Source of the DNA: an uncultured virus (IMG/VR IMGVR_UViG_3300025890_001884)
Taxonomy: Duplodnaviria; Heunggongvirae; Uroviricota; Caudoviricetes
IMG/VR virus record: IMGVR_UViG_3300025890_001884
Reading direction: 5' to 3' (one strand)
Length of the DNA: 20,000 nucleotides
Numbering within the stretch: position 1 is the stretch's first letter; every line of letters begins with the position of its first letter. The notes under the pieces were generated by a model. That model was not told where the DNA came from. It saw nothing but the letters and a program-made list of their open reading frames with translations, and did no database searches. Positions 1 to 9,381 of the stretch are shown here, in pieces. The position numbers were made by a program, and so were the translations under genes.

Positions 1-3000
1 TGCCATTTCCATACACGGACCTTTTTCTTGTTTCTCCATCTGCATTTGTATAGCTTTCTGTTTTTCTTTGCATCAAATTTAGTTCTGCAAAAGTCATATA
101 AACTAAAGAGCCATCTACCTTTTTCATTAACATACCTTTAGCAGCATTACTTCCCTTGTTCTGAGGTATATTTGATTCTACTTGTAATTGTTTTTGTAGA
201 TTTAAAAGGTTTTCTGCTCTAGATCTTGCTTGTGCACCAAGCGAGCCTACTTGAGTAGTTTGCATATGTTTATTAAATGCAGCTGGATTTTCTTTTAGAC
301 TTCTTACTTCGCTTTCATGATCTAATCCTCCTATAATATCCATTTTTGTCTTGTGTGCTTCTAAATCTTTTGCTAATCTTGCTCCACGCATCGTTTCTAC
401 ATCAATCTCACCTTGTAAAATATTTCTTTGAATAGTTCTAAGATTGTTTGCTATGCTATCTCCTGCACCTTTGATTTCCATTCCATGTGTAAAACCGCTT
501 TCTATAATATTCTCTTTTATTATTCTTCCATGTCTTGTTGCGGCATCGTCTAATTTTTCTGCTTCTGTTTTACCTGTGGGCATTACTGCCCCTAATGTGT
601 CTTCTAATAGTTGTTCTGAAAGGAATCCTCCAATAGCGTCAGTTATTGTAGTTGTAAAAGCTTTACCTATATTATCAAACATACTAGAGTCTCCTCTCAT
701 GCCTGCTCCTATAGCTTTTCCAAGATTTGCTTCTAAGTCTTTATATACTCCATGATAGGTTGAAAACATTAAGCTTGACCTTTTTTCTTCTAAATCATAA
801 GCTATTTTTGCACCATGAATTACTTGATACTGAGCAGCTATTTGTTGATTTAATGCTTTAAGTTTTTTATCGTCTGTCTCTGTTTGTACTTGAAGATTTA
901 ATTGGTCTAGTTTAAGTATTTCTCCTTGAAGTTTAAATCTTTTTTCTTCTACTTTTAATGTTTTATTTAAAGTAGTCATTCCAGCTAAATCGCCAAACAG
1001 TGATAGTGTTTTACTCTTTGCCATTTTCTTTTGTAGTTCTACAGCCTGAGTTTGGAAGTAAGTATATAACTGTAATTTAGCAGTCTCACGATCTAAGTGG
1101 GCTTGATATTGACTTTGTGTTTTTATTAACTCTTTGTATTGTTGAATATTAGAGTCAAACAAATTTAACATATCTTGAAAAGGAACTTTAGGTAAAGATT
1201 GCGATATTCTATTTTGCTGTTTTACCATTTCTTTAGCATTGTTATTCAAAGCTTTAATAGCAGCACCTTCAGCACCTATCGCATCTTTTATTTTAATCAT
1301 CTCTATAGTTAATGCAGGAGTTAATTTACCAGTTTTTATTATTTCTTCGTTTAAATCTGCAAACCTACTATCTAATTTTGCAAGAGTAGTAATTGTAGTT
1401 GCAAATTCAGCTTCTAATTCCCTAAATTTCTCAGAATTAATATCTGATATTCTTCCTAAGTATAATAAGTCTCCTGTTATTTTTGCAAAGTCAACACTTT
1501 GTACTGCTTCAAAAGTATGTAATAAACTTTGCTCTCCACTACCTATTAATCCATCTGCTCTTACTTGAGACATTTTTAGTAATTCTTCATTTAAAGTTGC
1601 TATAGATCCTTTACTAGCATCTACTCTTTCATTGAAGTTTTCTAGTATTTTATTAGCGTCTTTATTGAGATATTGCATAAAAGCTCTAAATGCCATATAT
1701 AGCATTGAGATAACAGCAGCATATCCCATCAGGCCTGATAAAAACATCCCTACTTTACTAGCGAATACAGAAACAGTATTAAATATTGCTTTAATATTTG
1801 CGGCACTTCTAGAAAAGAATAGTTGAATTTGAGCTGCTCCTTGTTGTGCTTTTGCTACATTTTTTGTTATAAAAGTATCATGCTCTTTAGTCATTTGCAA
1901 AAGAATTTTTTTGTAATAAGCTCTTTTCTTATCACTCATGTTTTTAAACATTCCAATTTCTCTACTATGTTGTGAGTGTAAATTGGAGATTTGTGCTTTA
2001 CTTAATTTTTTACCATCTGCAATTTGAGCACCCAGCTTTCCACCTGCTCCTAATCTATCTGCACCTAGCTTTCTTGCAAACTTGTTTTGTGCTAGACTTG
2101 GTGATGATAATTGTTTCACTTTAGCTGCTAATTCTTCCTCTTTAAGTTTTAACCTTTCTATTTCAGCTATTCTAGCTTCAGCTGCGTCTGCCTGACGTAT
2201 TCGTAATTCGTTTGTGCTAGGGATTAAACTTTTAATGATAGAAGATGCAAATAACCCCATTGCAATTGCTGCATTGGTTGTGTTACCTGCAATAAATTTA
2301 GCCATTGGTTCTGCGATAGCAGCAATAGCTGGTCTTACTTTATTTAATAATTCATCAAAAGCGATACCTACCTGTGCTAAAGCATTTGCAGTAGGATCCA
2401 TGATTTCATTAATCTTTCCAAACTTTTCTTCTGCTTGTCCAAGTACTTCGTTTACAACTGCTTGTGATTTTTGATATATTGAAAGTTGGTTTTTATTTAG
2501 ACCTAGTGCGGCTGCATATTTTGTCGATGCCTCTTCTAGTCTTAATATAATACCTAATTCGTCCAATAGTTCTGGTTCCGCTTTAGTAACACCTCTTACT
2601 AATCTGTTGAATGAATCTGTCACATCTCGACCGAGTGCGACTGAAACTGTAAATGCGGCTTCTGATAGTTCTCTTAACTGTCCTGAAGAAAGTCCCGCGG
2701 CTCTACCAATAGCTGCGGCTTGTGAAGCTTCTGAAAAACTAATCATTCCTCGAGTAGCTGCCTGAATATCTTTTGATAAGGACTGGTACGCGATACCTGT
2801 TGCAGCAGCAAAAGCTACTTGTCCTTCTCTTAATACACGAAAGTCTGCCGCACCTTTTAGGAATCTAAAGGCTGCGTCAAGGGCAAATAAGTTAGCGGCT
2901 AAAGTAGCATAGGCAGGAACAAGTCCTCCTGTGATACCTTGGGACATTTTTGAAAAGTTTTTAGTTGAATTTGAAGATGCCTGTGCAGCACCTTTTAAAC

Positions 3001-3136
3001 TACGGTCTGCTGATTGTGCACTCTTACCTGTATTTTTAAGACTTTTTCCTGCTTTATCAGCTTGTTGTGAGACTTTTTCTAAACCTTTGGCATTTGCCTT
3101 GAATTCAATTGTCCCACCATCTATCTTTTTCGACAT
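1..3136 (-). CDS. Tape measure protein (T5 pb2-like), 3' end truncated by window edge
   Basis: Missing from the ORF track, consistent with no stop before the edge. ATG at 3136 gives MSKKIDGGTIEFKANAKGLEKVSQQADKAG...LVPAYATLAANLFAL...LGRDVTDSFNRLVRGVTKAEPELLDELGIILRL, resembling the T5 pb2 N-terminus. More than 1040 codons, Ala/Lys/Gln-rich and helical, with hydrophobic segments near 2230-2320 and 1670-1790. Lies directly after the tail chaperones. Confidence 0.92.
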   Translation of the reverse strand, partial: MSKKIDGGTIEFKANAKGLEKVSQQADKAGKSLKNTGKSAQSADRSLKGAAQASSNSTKNFSKMSQGITGGLVPAYATLAANLFALDAAFRFLKGAADFRVLREGQVAFAAATGIAYQSLSKDIQAATRGMISFSEASQAAAIGRAAGLSSGQLRELSEAAFTVSVALGRDVTDSFNRLVRGVTKAEPELLDELGIILRLEEASTKYAAALGLNKNQLSIYQKSQAVVNEVLGQAEEKFGKINEIMDPTANALAQVGIAFDELLNKVRPAIAAIAEPMAKFIAGNTTNAAIAMGLFASSIIKSLIPSTNELRIRQADAAEARIAEIERLKLKEEELAAKVKQLSSPSLAQNKFARKLGADRLGAGGKLGAQIADGKKLSKAQISNLHSQHSREIGMFKNMSDKKRAYYKKILLQMTKEHDTFITKNVAKAQQGAAQIQLFFSRSAANIKAIFNTVSVFASKVGMFLSGLMGYAAVISMLYMAFRAFMQYLNKDANKILENFNERVDASKGSIATLNEELLKMSQVRADGLIGSGEQSLLHTFEAVQSVDFAKITGDLLYLGRISDINSEKFRELEAEFATTITTLAKLDSRFADLNEEIIKTGKLTPALTIEMIKIKDAIGAEGAAIKALNNNAKEMVKQQNRISQSLPKVPFQDMLNLFDSNIQQYKELIKTQSQYQAHLDRETAKLQLYTYFQTQAVELQKKMAKSKTLSLFGDLAGMTTLNKTLKVEEKRFKLQGEILKLDQLNLQVQTETDDKKLKALNQQIAAQYQVIHGAKIAYDLEEKRSSLMFSTYHGVYKDLEANLGKAIGAGMRGDSSMFDNIGKAFTTTITDAIGGFLSEQLLEDTLGAVMPTGKTEAEKLDDAATRHGRIIKENIIESGFTHGMEIKGAGDSIANNLRTIQRNILQGEIDVETMRGARLAKDLEAHKTKMDIIGGLDHESEVRSLKENPAAFNKHMQTTQVGSLGAQARSRAENLLNLQKQLQVESNIPQNKGSNAAKGMLMKKVDGSLVYMTFAELNLMQRKTESYTNADGETRKRSVYGNG

Positions 3137-3139
3137 TGT

Positions 3140-3541
3140 TTACCTGCTTCTCGCTTTTGCTTTTGCTGACAGTTCAGCTTGCTTCTGTGAGTCTTTGACT
3201 CGTTTATTTATAGAGTTTGAGTTCTCATTTTCTATATGAGCTAAAAAGTAGACGACTGTGCGTTTGTCCTCGATATCGAATGTCTCTAAGTAAGTACCTA
3301 TAGGAGCAAAATCTTTGCCCATATACATTCCACTTGCTCCGTCCCACCTATCAGTTAATATGCTATGTAGCATAAATGATTGTTGGACCTCTAATGGATA
3401 ATCACTCACTTCTGGAGGCATCTTATCGGGATCGGGATCTTGATTTAGTTGCTCGCAGATTGCAAGGTATTTGTCTAAATCAATATCCTCAGAAAATTGT
3501 TTTTTAATTAGCCCAAGTATTTTACTTACTTGGTTTTGGTA
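3140..3541 (-). CDS. Tail assembly chaperone, C-terminal (frameshift) part
   Basis: The track ORF 3140..3421 (MPPEVSDYPLEVQQ...) stays open upstream to the slippery site at 3541-3547 (YQNQVSKILGLIKKQFSEDIDLDKYLAICEQLNQDPDPDKMPPE). Position between the chaperone and the tape measure gene is typical of the G/GT arrangement. Confidence 0.8.
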   Translation of the reverse strand, partial: YQNQVSKILGLIKKQFSEDIDLDKYLAICEQLNQDPDPDKMPPEVSDYPLEVQQSFMLHSILTDRWDGASGMYMGKDFAPIGTYLETFDIEDKRTVVYFLAHIENENSNSINKRVKDSQKQAELSAKAKARSR

Positions 3542-3960
3542 AAATTTTCCAGTTCTCCGACAGTTTCACTTACCCACTCATCGAAATCACTAGAGTTCTT
3601 CATAAGTAACTCTGCATTTTCGTTGTTCCACACTAAAGTGTCTTCTGGGTCTACTTCGCTAATATCTACTAATAGAAGCTCTTCTAAGTAATTATATTTT
3701 AAGCCTTTCCAGCCTTTTATGATTGCTTTGCAGTATTCAGTTAAGAATTTATCATTATCAAGCTGTTCTTCGTATGCCCTAGTCTTTTTGTTGAACTTTT
3801 GTGATACACTTTTATTTCTAAGTTTTAGCAATTCTTCTCTTGCTAAATAAGTAAGTTTTACAGTAAATCCCTCTAATCCTGGGAAATCTACTTCTACTGT
3901 CTTGCTTGGAGTTAACAAACTCTTAAGCGATACTACTGGTGTTTTATTTTCTGTTGTCAT
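3526..3960 (-). CDS. Tail assembly chaperone (gpG-like)
   Basis: Likely start is ATG 3960 (MTTENKTPVVSLKSLL...), preceded by AGGA. The longer track start at 4005 lies inside a terminator. Acidic 144-aa protein between major tail and tape measure genes, ending ENFTKTK over a slippery heptamer. Confidence 0.82.
   Translation of the reverse strand: MTTENKTPVVSLKSLLTPSKTVEVDFPGLEGFTVKLTYLAREELLKLRNKSVSQKFNKKTRAYEEQLDNDKFLTEYCKAIIKGWKGLKYNYLEELLLVDISEVDPEDTLVWNNENAELLMKNSSDFDEWVSETVGELENFTKTK
3541..3547 (-). other. Programmed -1 ribosomal frameshift site A AAT TTT
   Basis: Minus strand reads GAA AAT TTT ACC AAA ACC AAG TAA. A-AAT-TTT fits X XXY YYZ in the correct frame, and the -1 frame is open to 3140. 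Confidence 0.8.
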
Positions 3961-3975
3961 TTGTTTATTCCTATT

Positions 3976-4008
3976 AAAAAAATGTATGGGGAAATGACTC
4001 CCCATACA
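3976..4008 (-). terminator. Rho-independent terminator after major tail gene
   Basis: Minus strand TGTATGGGGA-GTCATT-TCCCCATACA followed by T7: a perfect 10-bp stem. Confidence 0.88.
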
Positions 4009-4020
4009 CTCAGTTTGTTA

Positions 4021-5238
4021 TTAAGCTCCTACGTAAGTAACTGATACTTCGTTGGTAGCGTCCGCTGCTGTTGCTGATGATAAGTCTGTTGGTAAACCAT
4101 GGAAGGCTACATCTACAGATATTACATCTGATAAATCATGGGCAGGTAACTCTAAGTGAGCTTTTGGCAATGTAACTGCAACTCGAGGAGTATTACTACC
4201 ACCACCGATATTGAATGTCATTGCAAAAGCGTTAGTGATTACGCCTCTTGATTCTTGAAGTTTCTCAAATAAGTCTAAAGACCCATTTGCCACATCATTT
4301 AGATAACAAGTGAAATTACCTGTCACCGACCTTGTACCAGTAACATGACCTAATGGTAAGTTTACTTGTCCAATTGTTTCCGGTGTTAAGTAAGTATTGT
4401 TGTTCTCTATAGTAATGTTTCCACCTGTTAGAGTAACTGCAAAGGTTGTGTCTGAACTACCTAAGCTACCGACTGCACCTGATACTTCACTTGCATCATA
4501 GACTAGTGATAAGTCTGTTAATTTTTGTCTAATGAAGTTTGAAGTCGTGTCTACTCCTTCTCTGATTAAACCTTTTGCTGTAGCTCCTGAAGCTTCAGTA
4601 TTTAAAGAAGCCGCTTCTTCAATTGTTTTGCCGTTTCCAGACCAACCGATTTGTGCGATTCCTTCAATATCAAAGTCAATTGAAGCCGAGCCTACTGAAC
4701 AATCTGCTAATTTGTAAATTGTTACTCCGTCAGTACCTGTAGTATATAGTGCGTTAGTTGAGTCTTTTGCTGCTCCAAGAACAAAGTACATGTTGAAAGA
4801 TCCAACTTCTACATTGTTTGAATTTGCAAAATCAAAGACTTGACTATTTGTTCCACCGAAAGCGTCTCCGCCACAAGCTTTATCATAGTCTTTTGCACTC
4901 ATTGCTGCCCATAAAGGGCCTTCTACTGCAAAATGTTTTGCTGCATCGGCATGGTCGCCTGATACATATTTTGCGTTACTACCTGACTTTGTAGGTCTCA
5001 TGTAAGTGTTAAAACTCCACTCTGCTGGTGCAAAAGAGTCGGTGAACATTGCTCTACCTCTCTTACTGTAACCAGCGGATGTTGCCGCTTCACTTAATGT
5101 TATTTCTGAAGTATTTGTAGCTTGGCTGAAAGAAAATCCATCTAATACAGGTATCTCATAAAGAGCTGTGTTTCCAGATGTTCCGTCTTCTGACCATTCC
5201 ATAAATACTTTGGTATCTCTACTAAAGAAAAATGCCAT
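4021..5238 (-). CDS. Major tail tube protein (T5 pb6-like)
   Basis: 405 aa. Motifs EIPVLDGFSFSQATNTSEITLSE, FTDSFAPAEWSFNTYMRP, ASIDFDIEGIAQIGWSGNG, NITIENNNTYLTPE and GTRSVTGNFTCYLN resemble T5 pb6. Has a GGAGA RBS and a downstream terminator. Confidence 0.9.
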   Translation of the reverse strand: MAFFFSRDTKVFMEWSEDGTSGNTALYEIPVLDGFSFSQATNTSEITLSEAATSAGYSKRGRAMFTDSFAPAEWSFNTYMRPTKSGSNAKYVSGDHADAAKHFAVEGPLWAAMSAKDYDKACGGDAFGGTNSQVFDFANSNNVEVGSFNMYFVLGAAKDSTNALYTTGTDGVTIYKLADCSVGSASIDFDIEGIAQIGWSGNGKTIEEAASLNTEASGATAKGLIREGVDTTSNFIRQKLTDLSLVYDASEVSGAVGSLGSSDTTFAVTLTGGNITIENNNTYLTPETIGQVNLPLGHVTGTRSVTGNFTCYLNDVANGSLDLFEKLQESRGVITNAFAMTFNIGGGSNTPRVAVTLPKAHLELPAHDLSDVISVDVAFHGLPTDLSSATAADATNEVSVTYVGA

Positions 5239-5252
5239 TTTATATATCTCCG

Positions 5253-5717
5253 TTAATATCGAATCTCTACGGTAATTTCTCCAACACCGAGAGGTTCTAA
5301 TACACCTTCATCTGTATCTACAGTTAAGATTGAAGTCTGTACTGTAGACTGAGATGTTCCTGTTGAATCTGTGTAAGTTAATGGATCATTATCCTCTAAC
5401 ACAGTTTCTACATCTTCTAACAATTCTTCGAGTGCTTCAATGACATCATTGTCATCTGATACATAACATCGAACTGTTATTCTTAAAAATCTAAATCGAA
5501 AGCCACCGCCATCGTATTCTCTTGTTTCGCCCCCTGCTCCTATATGGATGGTAGGGAACTCATTCACTTCGTCCCAAAATTTGAGTCTGCGCTCTACATT
5601 ACTTACAGAAGTTCTCATTGGAGGACTTCCATTTATCTGCGTCTCTAACGCTACTGCTAAGGCTTCGACTATGGCTCTACGACGCGACGAATATCTTCTT
5701 GCTTGTGTTGAGTCCAT
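5253..5717 (-). CDS. Tail terminator protein (T5 p142-like)
   Basis: 154 aa, acidic, with LKFWDEVNEFPTIHIGAGGETREY and TDEGVLEPLGVGEITVEIRY. Immediately upstream of the major tail gene. Confidence 0.8.
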   Translation of the reverse strand: MDSTQARRYSSRRRAIVEALAVALETQINGSPPMRTSVSNVERRLKFWDEVNEFPTIHIGAGGETREYDGGGFRFRFLRITVRCYVSDDNDVIEALEELLEDVETVLEDNDPLTYTDSTGTSQSTVQTSILTVDTDEGVLEPLGVGEITVEIRY

Positions 5718-7279
5718 TATACTCTCCTTACTTTGAGGAACTTATCTCCTATTATACTTTGTGCTATTGCTCTAACACTTTGCCCTATTATCTTTCTTGG
5801 GTCTCTTTGTGTACTGCCTTGTTTATATCCTGGTTCAAATGTTTGATAAGGCATTTTCATGTAAGTATAGTCTACTTGTACACCGCCTTTTGGTCCTACC
5901 ATTACTTGTGTAGGTTCTACACTATTAGCAAATCTACCACTTCTATACACTAATGCTCCACCTTGTCCCATTCTACTTGCTACTTCTTGAGGAAGTTGTG
6001 CTTCTAACATTGCTTGTAGATGCAAAGGACTTTGTGCTGTTTTTGCTTTTTCTACTGTTCTTCTGCCAGTTTTTTTATATTTAGCACCAGCTGCTGCTAA
6101 ACCACCACTACTACTTCTGCTTTTAGTACTTTTAGTAGATTTCTTACCTGCTTTAGTTTTACCTTTTTTCGTTTCTGTCTTTTTATATTTAACAATATCA
6201 GATACTATCTTTTGATTTATTTTAAATCTCATGTCTAAGCCACCAGACTGGTTTACTTTCAGTCTTTTATTGCCTATACTTTTTTCAATCTTTTTGGCAA
6301 TGTTTGCTGGTATATTCTTAGTTGCCCATTGTCTAAAAGAAGGAGAAGTCTTGTGATCAATACCTGCTTTTGTTAACATTCTCTGCAATTCTTTTGTTAA
6401 CTTTAAATTCTTTTGGTTTATATATTTTTTTAATGCTCCTTTATCATATTCTTTTGATAAAGGATTTCTTGCAACATCTTCATAATCAATCTTTACTTTA
6501 AATTGTTTCTTAAAATCTTCTAAACTTAGGTCTGAAAAATGTGCTATATTATAATTATTTAAAAACTGTTTTGTAAATTCTTTGTGTACAGCTTCATATG
6601 CCTTATTAAAATCTTTTCCTTGAAACTCTCTAGCAAAGGTGGATTCATCTAATAGATCATTTAGCTTTTGCTGTCCTCTCTCTTGATAATCCTCATCGCC
6701 TTTTAAATTCATTATACTTCCGCCTATTGCAGTAGTAGTTCTATCTTTACCTCTATGTAACCCAGCAAATCTTTTTGTCTTTCTCATGCCCTTTTCAAAT
6801 TTATTTTGGGACATTGGAGAACCTTTTCCTTTGGCAAATTTTAACTCTTTATGTATACCTTTATACACTTTTCCCATTATATACCCCATAGTATTTTTAT
6901 GGATATTTAATAGTTTATTAAAATTCGTACCTTGACTTGGTTTCTTACCAAATGTGTTCGGTTTAAAAAGAATTCTTGTTCTATTACCTTTTATAAAGTG
7001 TATATCAAGTAAGTTTCCGCCTATATTACTAAAGTGAGCTATGTATATCTCTTGAGTAAAGTTCTTTTTCCAAGATTTACTTACTGCATTACTAATTTCA
7101 GTTGCACTGGGCATTGGGCTAAGAGCCGCTCCAGTTAAAAATTCATCGACAGCTTGTTCTATCTGATCTTTTAAGTATACTCTATCTACCATTACTTCAG
7201 TTTCAAAAGTTTCATCTACTTTATCTGAGTCTGCGGCGTCAATTGCGTCTAGCAACATCTGCTCAACAAATTTGATCAT
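5717..7279 (-). CDS. Tail completion/neck protein (T5 p143-like C-terminus) with long N-terminal extension
   Basis: The C-terminal LVYRSGRFANSV...YTYMKMPYQTFEPG...RDPRKIIGQSVRAIA resembles T5 p143. Syntenic between head completion and tail terminator. 520 aa and Lys-rich. Confidence 0.7.
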   Translation of the reverse strand: MIKFVEQMLLDAIDAADSDKVDETFETEVMVDRVYLKDQIEQAVDEFLTGAALSPMPSATEISNAVSKSWKKNFTQEIYIAHFSNIGGNLLDIHFIKGNRTRILFKPNTFGKKPSQGTNFNKLLNIHKNTMGYIMGKVYKGIHKELKFAKGKGSPMSQNKFEKGMRKTKRFAGLHRGKDRTTTAIGGSIMNLKGDEDYQERGQQKLNDLLDESTFAREFQGKDFNKAYEAVHKEFTKQFLNNYNIAHFSDLSLEDFKKQFKVKIDYEDVARNPLSKEYDKGALKKYINQKNLKLTKELQRMLTKAGIDHKTSPSFRQWATKNIPANIAKKIEKSIGNKRLKVNQSGGLDMRFKINQKIVSDIVKYKKTETKKGKTKAGKKSTKSTKSRSSSGGLAAAGAKYKKTGRRTVEKAKTAQSPLHLQAMLEAQLPQEVASRMGQGGALVYRSGRFANSVEPTQVMVGPKGGVQVDYTYMKMPYQTFEPGYKQGSTQRDPRKIIGQSVRAIAQSIIGDKFLKVRRV

Positions 7280-7872
7280 ATTACAACTCTATATAAATCT
7301 AGTACTCTCTTAATATGGTCTGGAAAGTCAGTACTTGATTTTATACCTGAAGTTCCTTGGTTACTCATTTGAGCATTGCCTAAACTTCTTCTTTCTTTAT
7401 GCTCGTCTTTCATGTAATAATTTACTAAGTCAAAGAGTGCGAGTTTTAAATCACTTGGGCATGTTGAATATCCTGCATTATATGTAATTTGCACAGAACC
7501 TACTCCTTTCTTCCAAGAGATTGGGTTACCACTCTCATTTGTTCTTACGACTGCATCACTTTCTACATCTACATAGTATTCGTAGTTGCCTGTAGTGAGA
7601 GTTACATAAGGACTTCCATAGTCTGGTCTTTCTTTTACTGTATCAACCGTAACTAACGGACTTTCACTCATTGTAATGGTGCTTGTGTAGTTGTCATTGA
7701 TTGTAAAAGTTTCAACCTTATCTGTAGAATAAAAGTCTACAAAACTTATTCCGCAATACTTCTTAACTAAATCAGATACCAGAGGTACCATAACAGATAG
7801 ACGGTCGTCATCCTTCTCGCCTCGGAGGCCTTCTGCGTCTTTGTATTCATTTACTGTTATTAAGTCTGCCAT
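7276..7872 (-). CDS. Head completion / head-tail connector protein (T5 p144-like)
   Basis: Likely start is ATG 7872 (MADLITVNEYKDAEG), since the track start at 7908 overlaps a terminator. ITYNAGYSTCPSDLKLALFDLVNYY and FPDHIKRVLDLYRV are typical adaptor motifs. Confidence 0.85.
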   Translation of the reverse strand: MADLITVNEYKDAEGLRGEKDDDRLSVMVPLVSDLVKKYCGISFVDFYSTDKVETFTINDNYTSTITMSESPLVTVDTVKERPDYGSPYVTLTTGNYEYYVDVESDAVVRTNESGNPISWKKGVGSVQITYNAGYSTCPSDLKLALFDLVNYYMKDEHKERRSLGNAQMSNQGTSGIKSSTDFPDHIKRVLDLYRVVI

Positions 7873-7876
7873 AGTT

Positions 7877-7907
7877 AAAAAGTGTGGGGTTTTAGGTAAA
7901 CCCCACA
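7877..7907 (-). terminator. Rho-independent terminator after capsid gene
   Basis: Minus strand TGTGGGGTTT-ACCTA-AAACCCCACA then CTTTTT. Confidence 0.82.
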
Positions 7908-7923
7908 AAAACCTATTAAGCTA

Positions 7924-9381
7924 TTAAGAAGCTTTGTACTGTAGTAAGTGACAAGAAGTGGTTGCATCGATTAGATCGGTGAAGCCAATTCTTTGTGAAG
8001 CTACAAGAACTCTTCTTTGGTTAGCTACTTCGTAGTCGGACTCAATGGTTACACCTCTAAGTCTTGGTAATACAAAGTTTCTTGGGTTAACCGCAAGAGC
8101 ATGCATTTTTGAAACTGCTGGTGTAGCAAATTCATCACACATTAATACTCTTGAACCAAATACGGTTCCAATTTCACCAGTTAGCTTAGTTGCCTGATTA
8201 CCAACTAGGTTAGCATCTTGGAACTCAGCATCTTCTAGTAATTCGTAGTAGCCTCTTTGAGAGACAACATATACTACGTCTGAAGGATTGATACCATATT
8301 TACCCATTTCTTTTCTGGCACCTAACAACGCTGCTGCTGTTAGTTTATCAGAAGCAAAAGCTGTAGCTGATTGAGTTTTGTTAGAACCAGCCATTGTGAT
8401 TAGCCCTTCAAAAGCTGCACCACCAGTACCAAAAGCACCGTCTGCGTGATTACCAGCTAAGATAGCATTTTCCATTGCTCTAGCATGAGATCTTACCATT
8501 GACTCTCTAATTAAAGGAAGAATCGGTAGGATAGCATCTTCTTCAGTTTCATTACCTAAGTATGATTGTGAAATTAATTTTTTAGTTGAAAGTGTTCTCT
8601 CAGTTAAGTCGACACCTGCTCCATTAGCTGGATCATATGCGTCGCCTCTTGGGTCTAAGTTACCTTTCGGTGCGCTTCCAGAAGCTGTTTGGTTAGCTGT
8701 AAATTCAGCATAGCCGCTATCTGGTAAGATTGGGATAATCATATTAGCAGAGTTCATTGGGATTTCTCTAAATAGAGGAGCCAATACTAACTCATTTTGA
8801 ATATCTCTTTCAATGTTAGTTGAAACGATTTGCTCAAAATCAGCTGATGATACTTCAACACCTGACATTACATTAACTTTTTCCATTAATGATTTTGCAT
8901 GGTCGTTATTCCAACCTTTTCCTGTAGCAAGACCAGCGAATTTAGCGTCGATTACATCTTCTTTAAATTCTGTTTTCCAGTCTGTGCTTCCTGTTCTATC
9001 ACCGAAGTGTCTTTTTGACTCACGAATATTCATGATTTCTGATGATTTCTCAACTAGCTGAGCTTCGAGTTCTTTAACTACATTTTGCAAGTCTTCTTGC
9101 TTTTCGTTAACTCTTTTCTCAACATCTGAGATAAGCCTTTCGGCTCCTGTTAATCCTGCTTGGATTACAGTTTTTTGTTCTTCCTGTTTAGCTTCTTGAA
9201 CAGCTTTTTCTTGAACTTCAACTTCTGCTTGCTTTTCAGCCTGCTCGTTTAAAGTTTTTTCTTCAGCTGCTTTAGCTTCTGCTTGTTTCATAGCAATTGT
9301 AGTTGCAGTTTTTTCTGCCACTTCTTTTGCGAATGACTCAAGGTCAAAGCCCGCTTCAGGAGTCTTCTTTTCTTCTGACAT
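7924..9381 (-). CDS. Major capsid protein precursor from a nested internal start
   Basis: Minus strand ATGGAGACTAAAATGTCAGAA places a GGAG SD upstream of ATG 9381 (MSEEKKTPEAG). The 485-aa product is close in size to the T5 pb8 precursor. Confidence 0.7.
   Translation of the reverse strand: MSEEKKTPEAGFDLESFAKEVAEKTATTIAMKQAEAKAAEEKTLNEQAEKQAEVEVQEKAVQEAKQEEQKTVIQAGLTGAERLISDVEKRVNEKQEDLQNVVKELEAQLVEKSSEIMNIRESKRHFGDRTGSTDWKTEFKEDVIDAKFAGLATGKGWNNDHAKSLMEKVNVMSGVEVSSADFEQIVSTNIERDIQNELVLAPLFREIPMNSANMIIPILPDSGYAEFTANQTASGSAPKGNLDPRGDAYDPANGAGVDLTERTLSTKKLISQSYLGNETEEDAILPILPLIRESMVRSHARAMENAILAGNHADGAFGTGGAAFEGLITMAGSNKTQSATAFASDKLTAAALLGARKEMGKYGINPSDVVYVVSQRGYYELLEDAEFQDANLVGNQATKLTGEIGTVFGSRVLMCDEFATPAVSKMHALAVNPRNFVLPRLRGVTIESDYEVANQRRVLVASQRIGFTDLIDATTSCHLLQYKAS

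Noticed and set aside
444..3239. Five plus-strand ORFs of 64-109 aa
   Set aside because: They are antisense shadows of the tape measure gene, with Ser/Ile/Ala-rich composition and no RBS or motifs.
3424..3440. Short direct repeat ATCGGG-ATCGGG-ATC
   Set aside because: It simply encodes DPDPD in the frameshifted chaperone.
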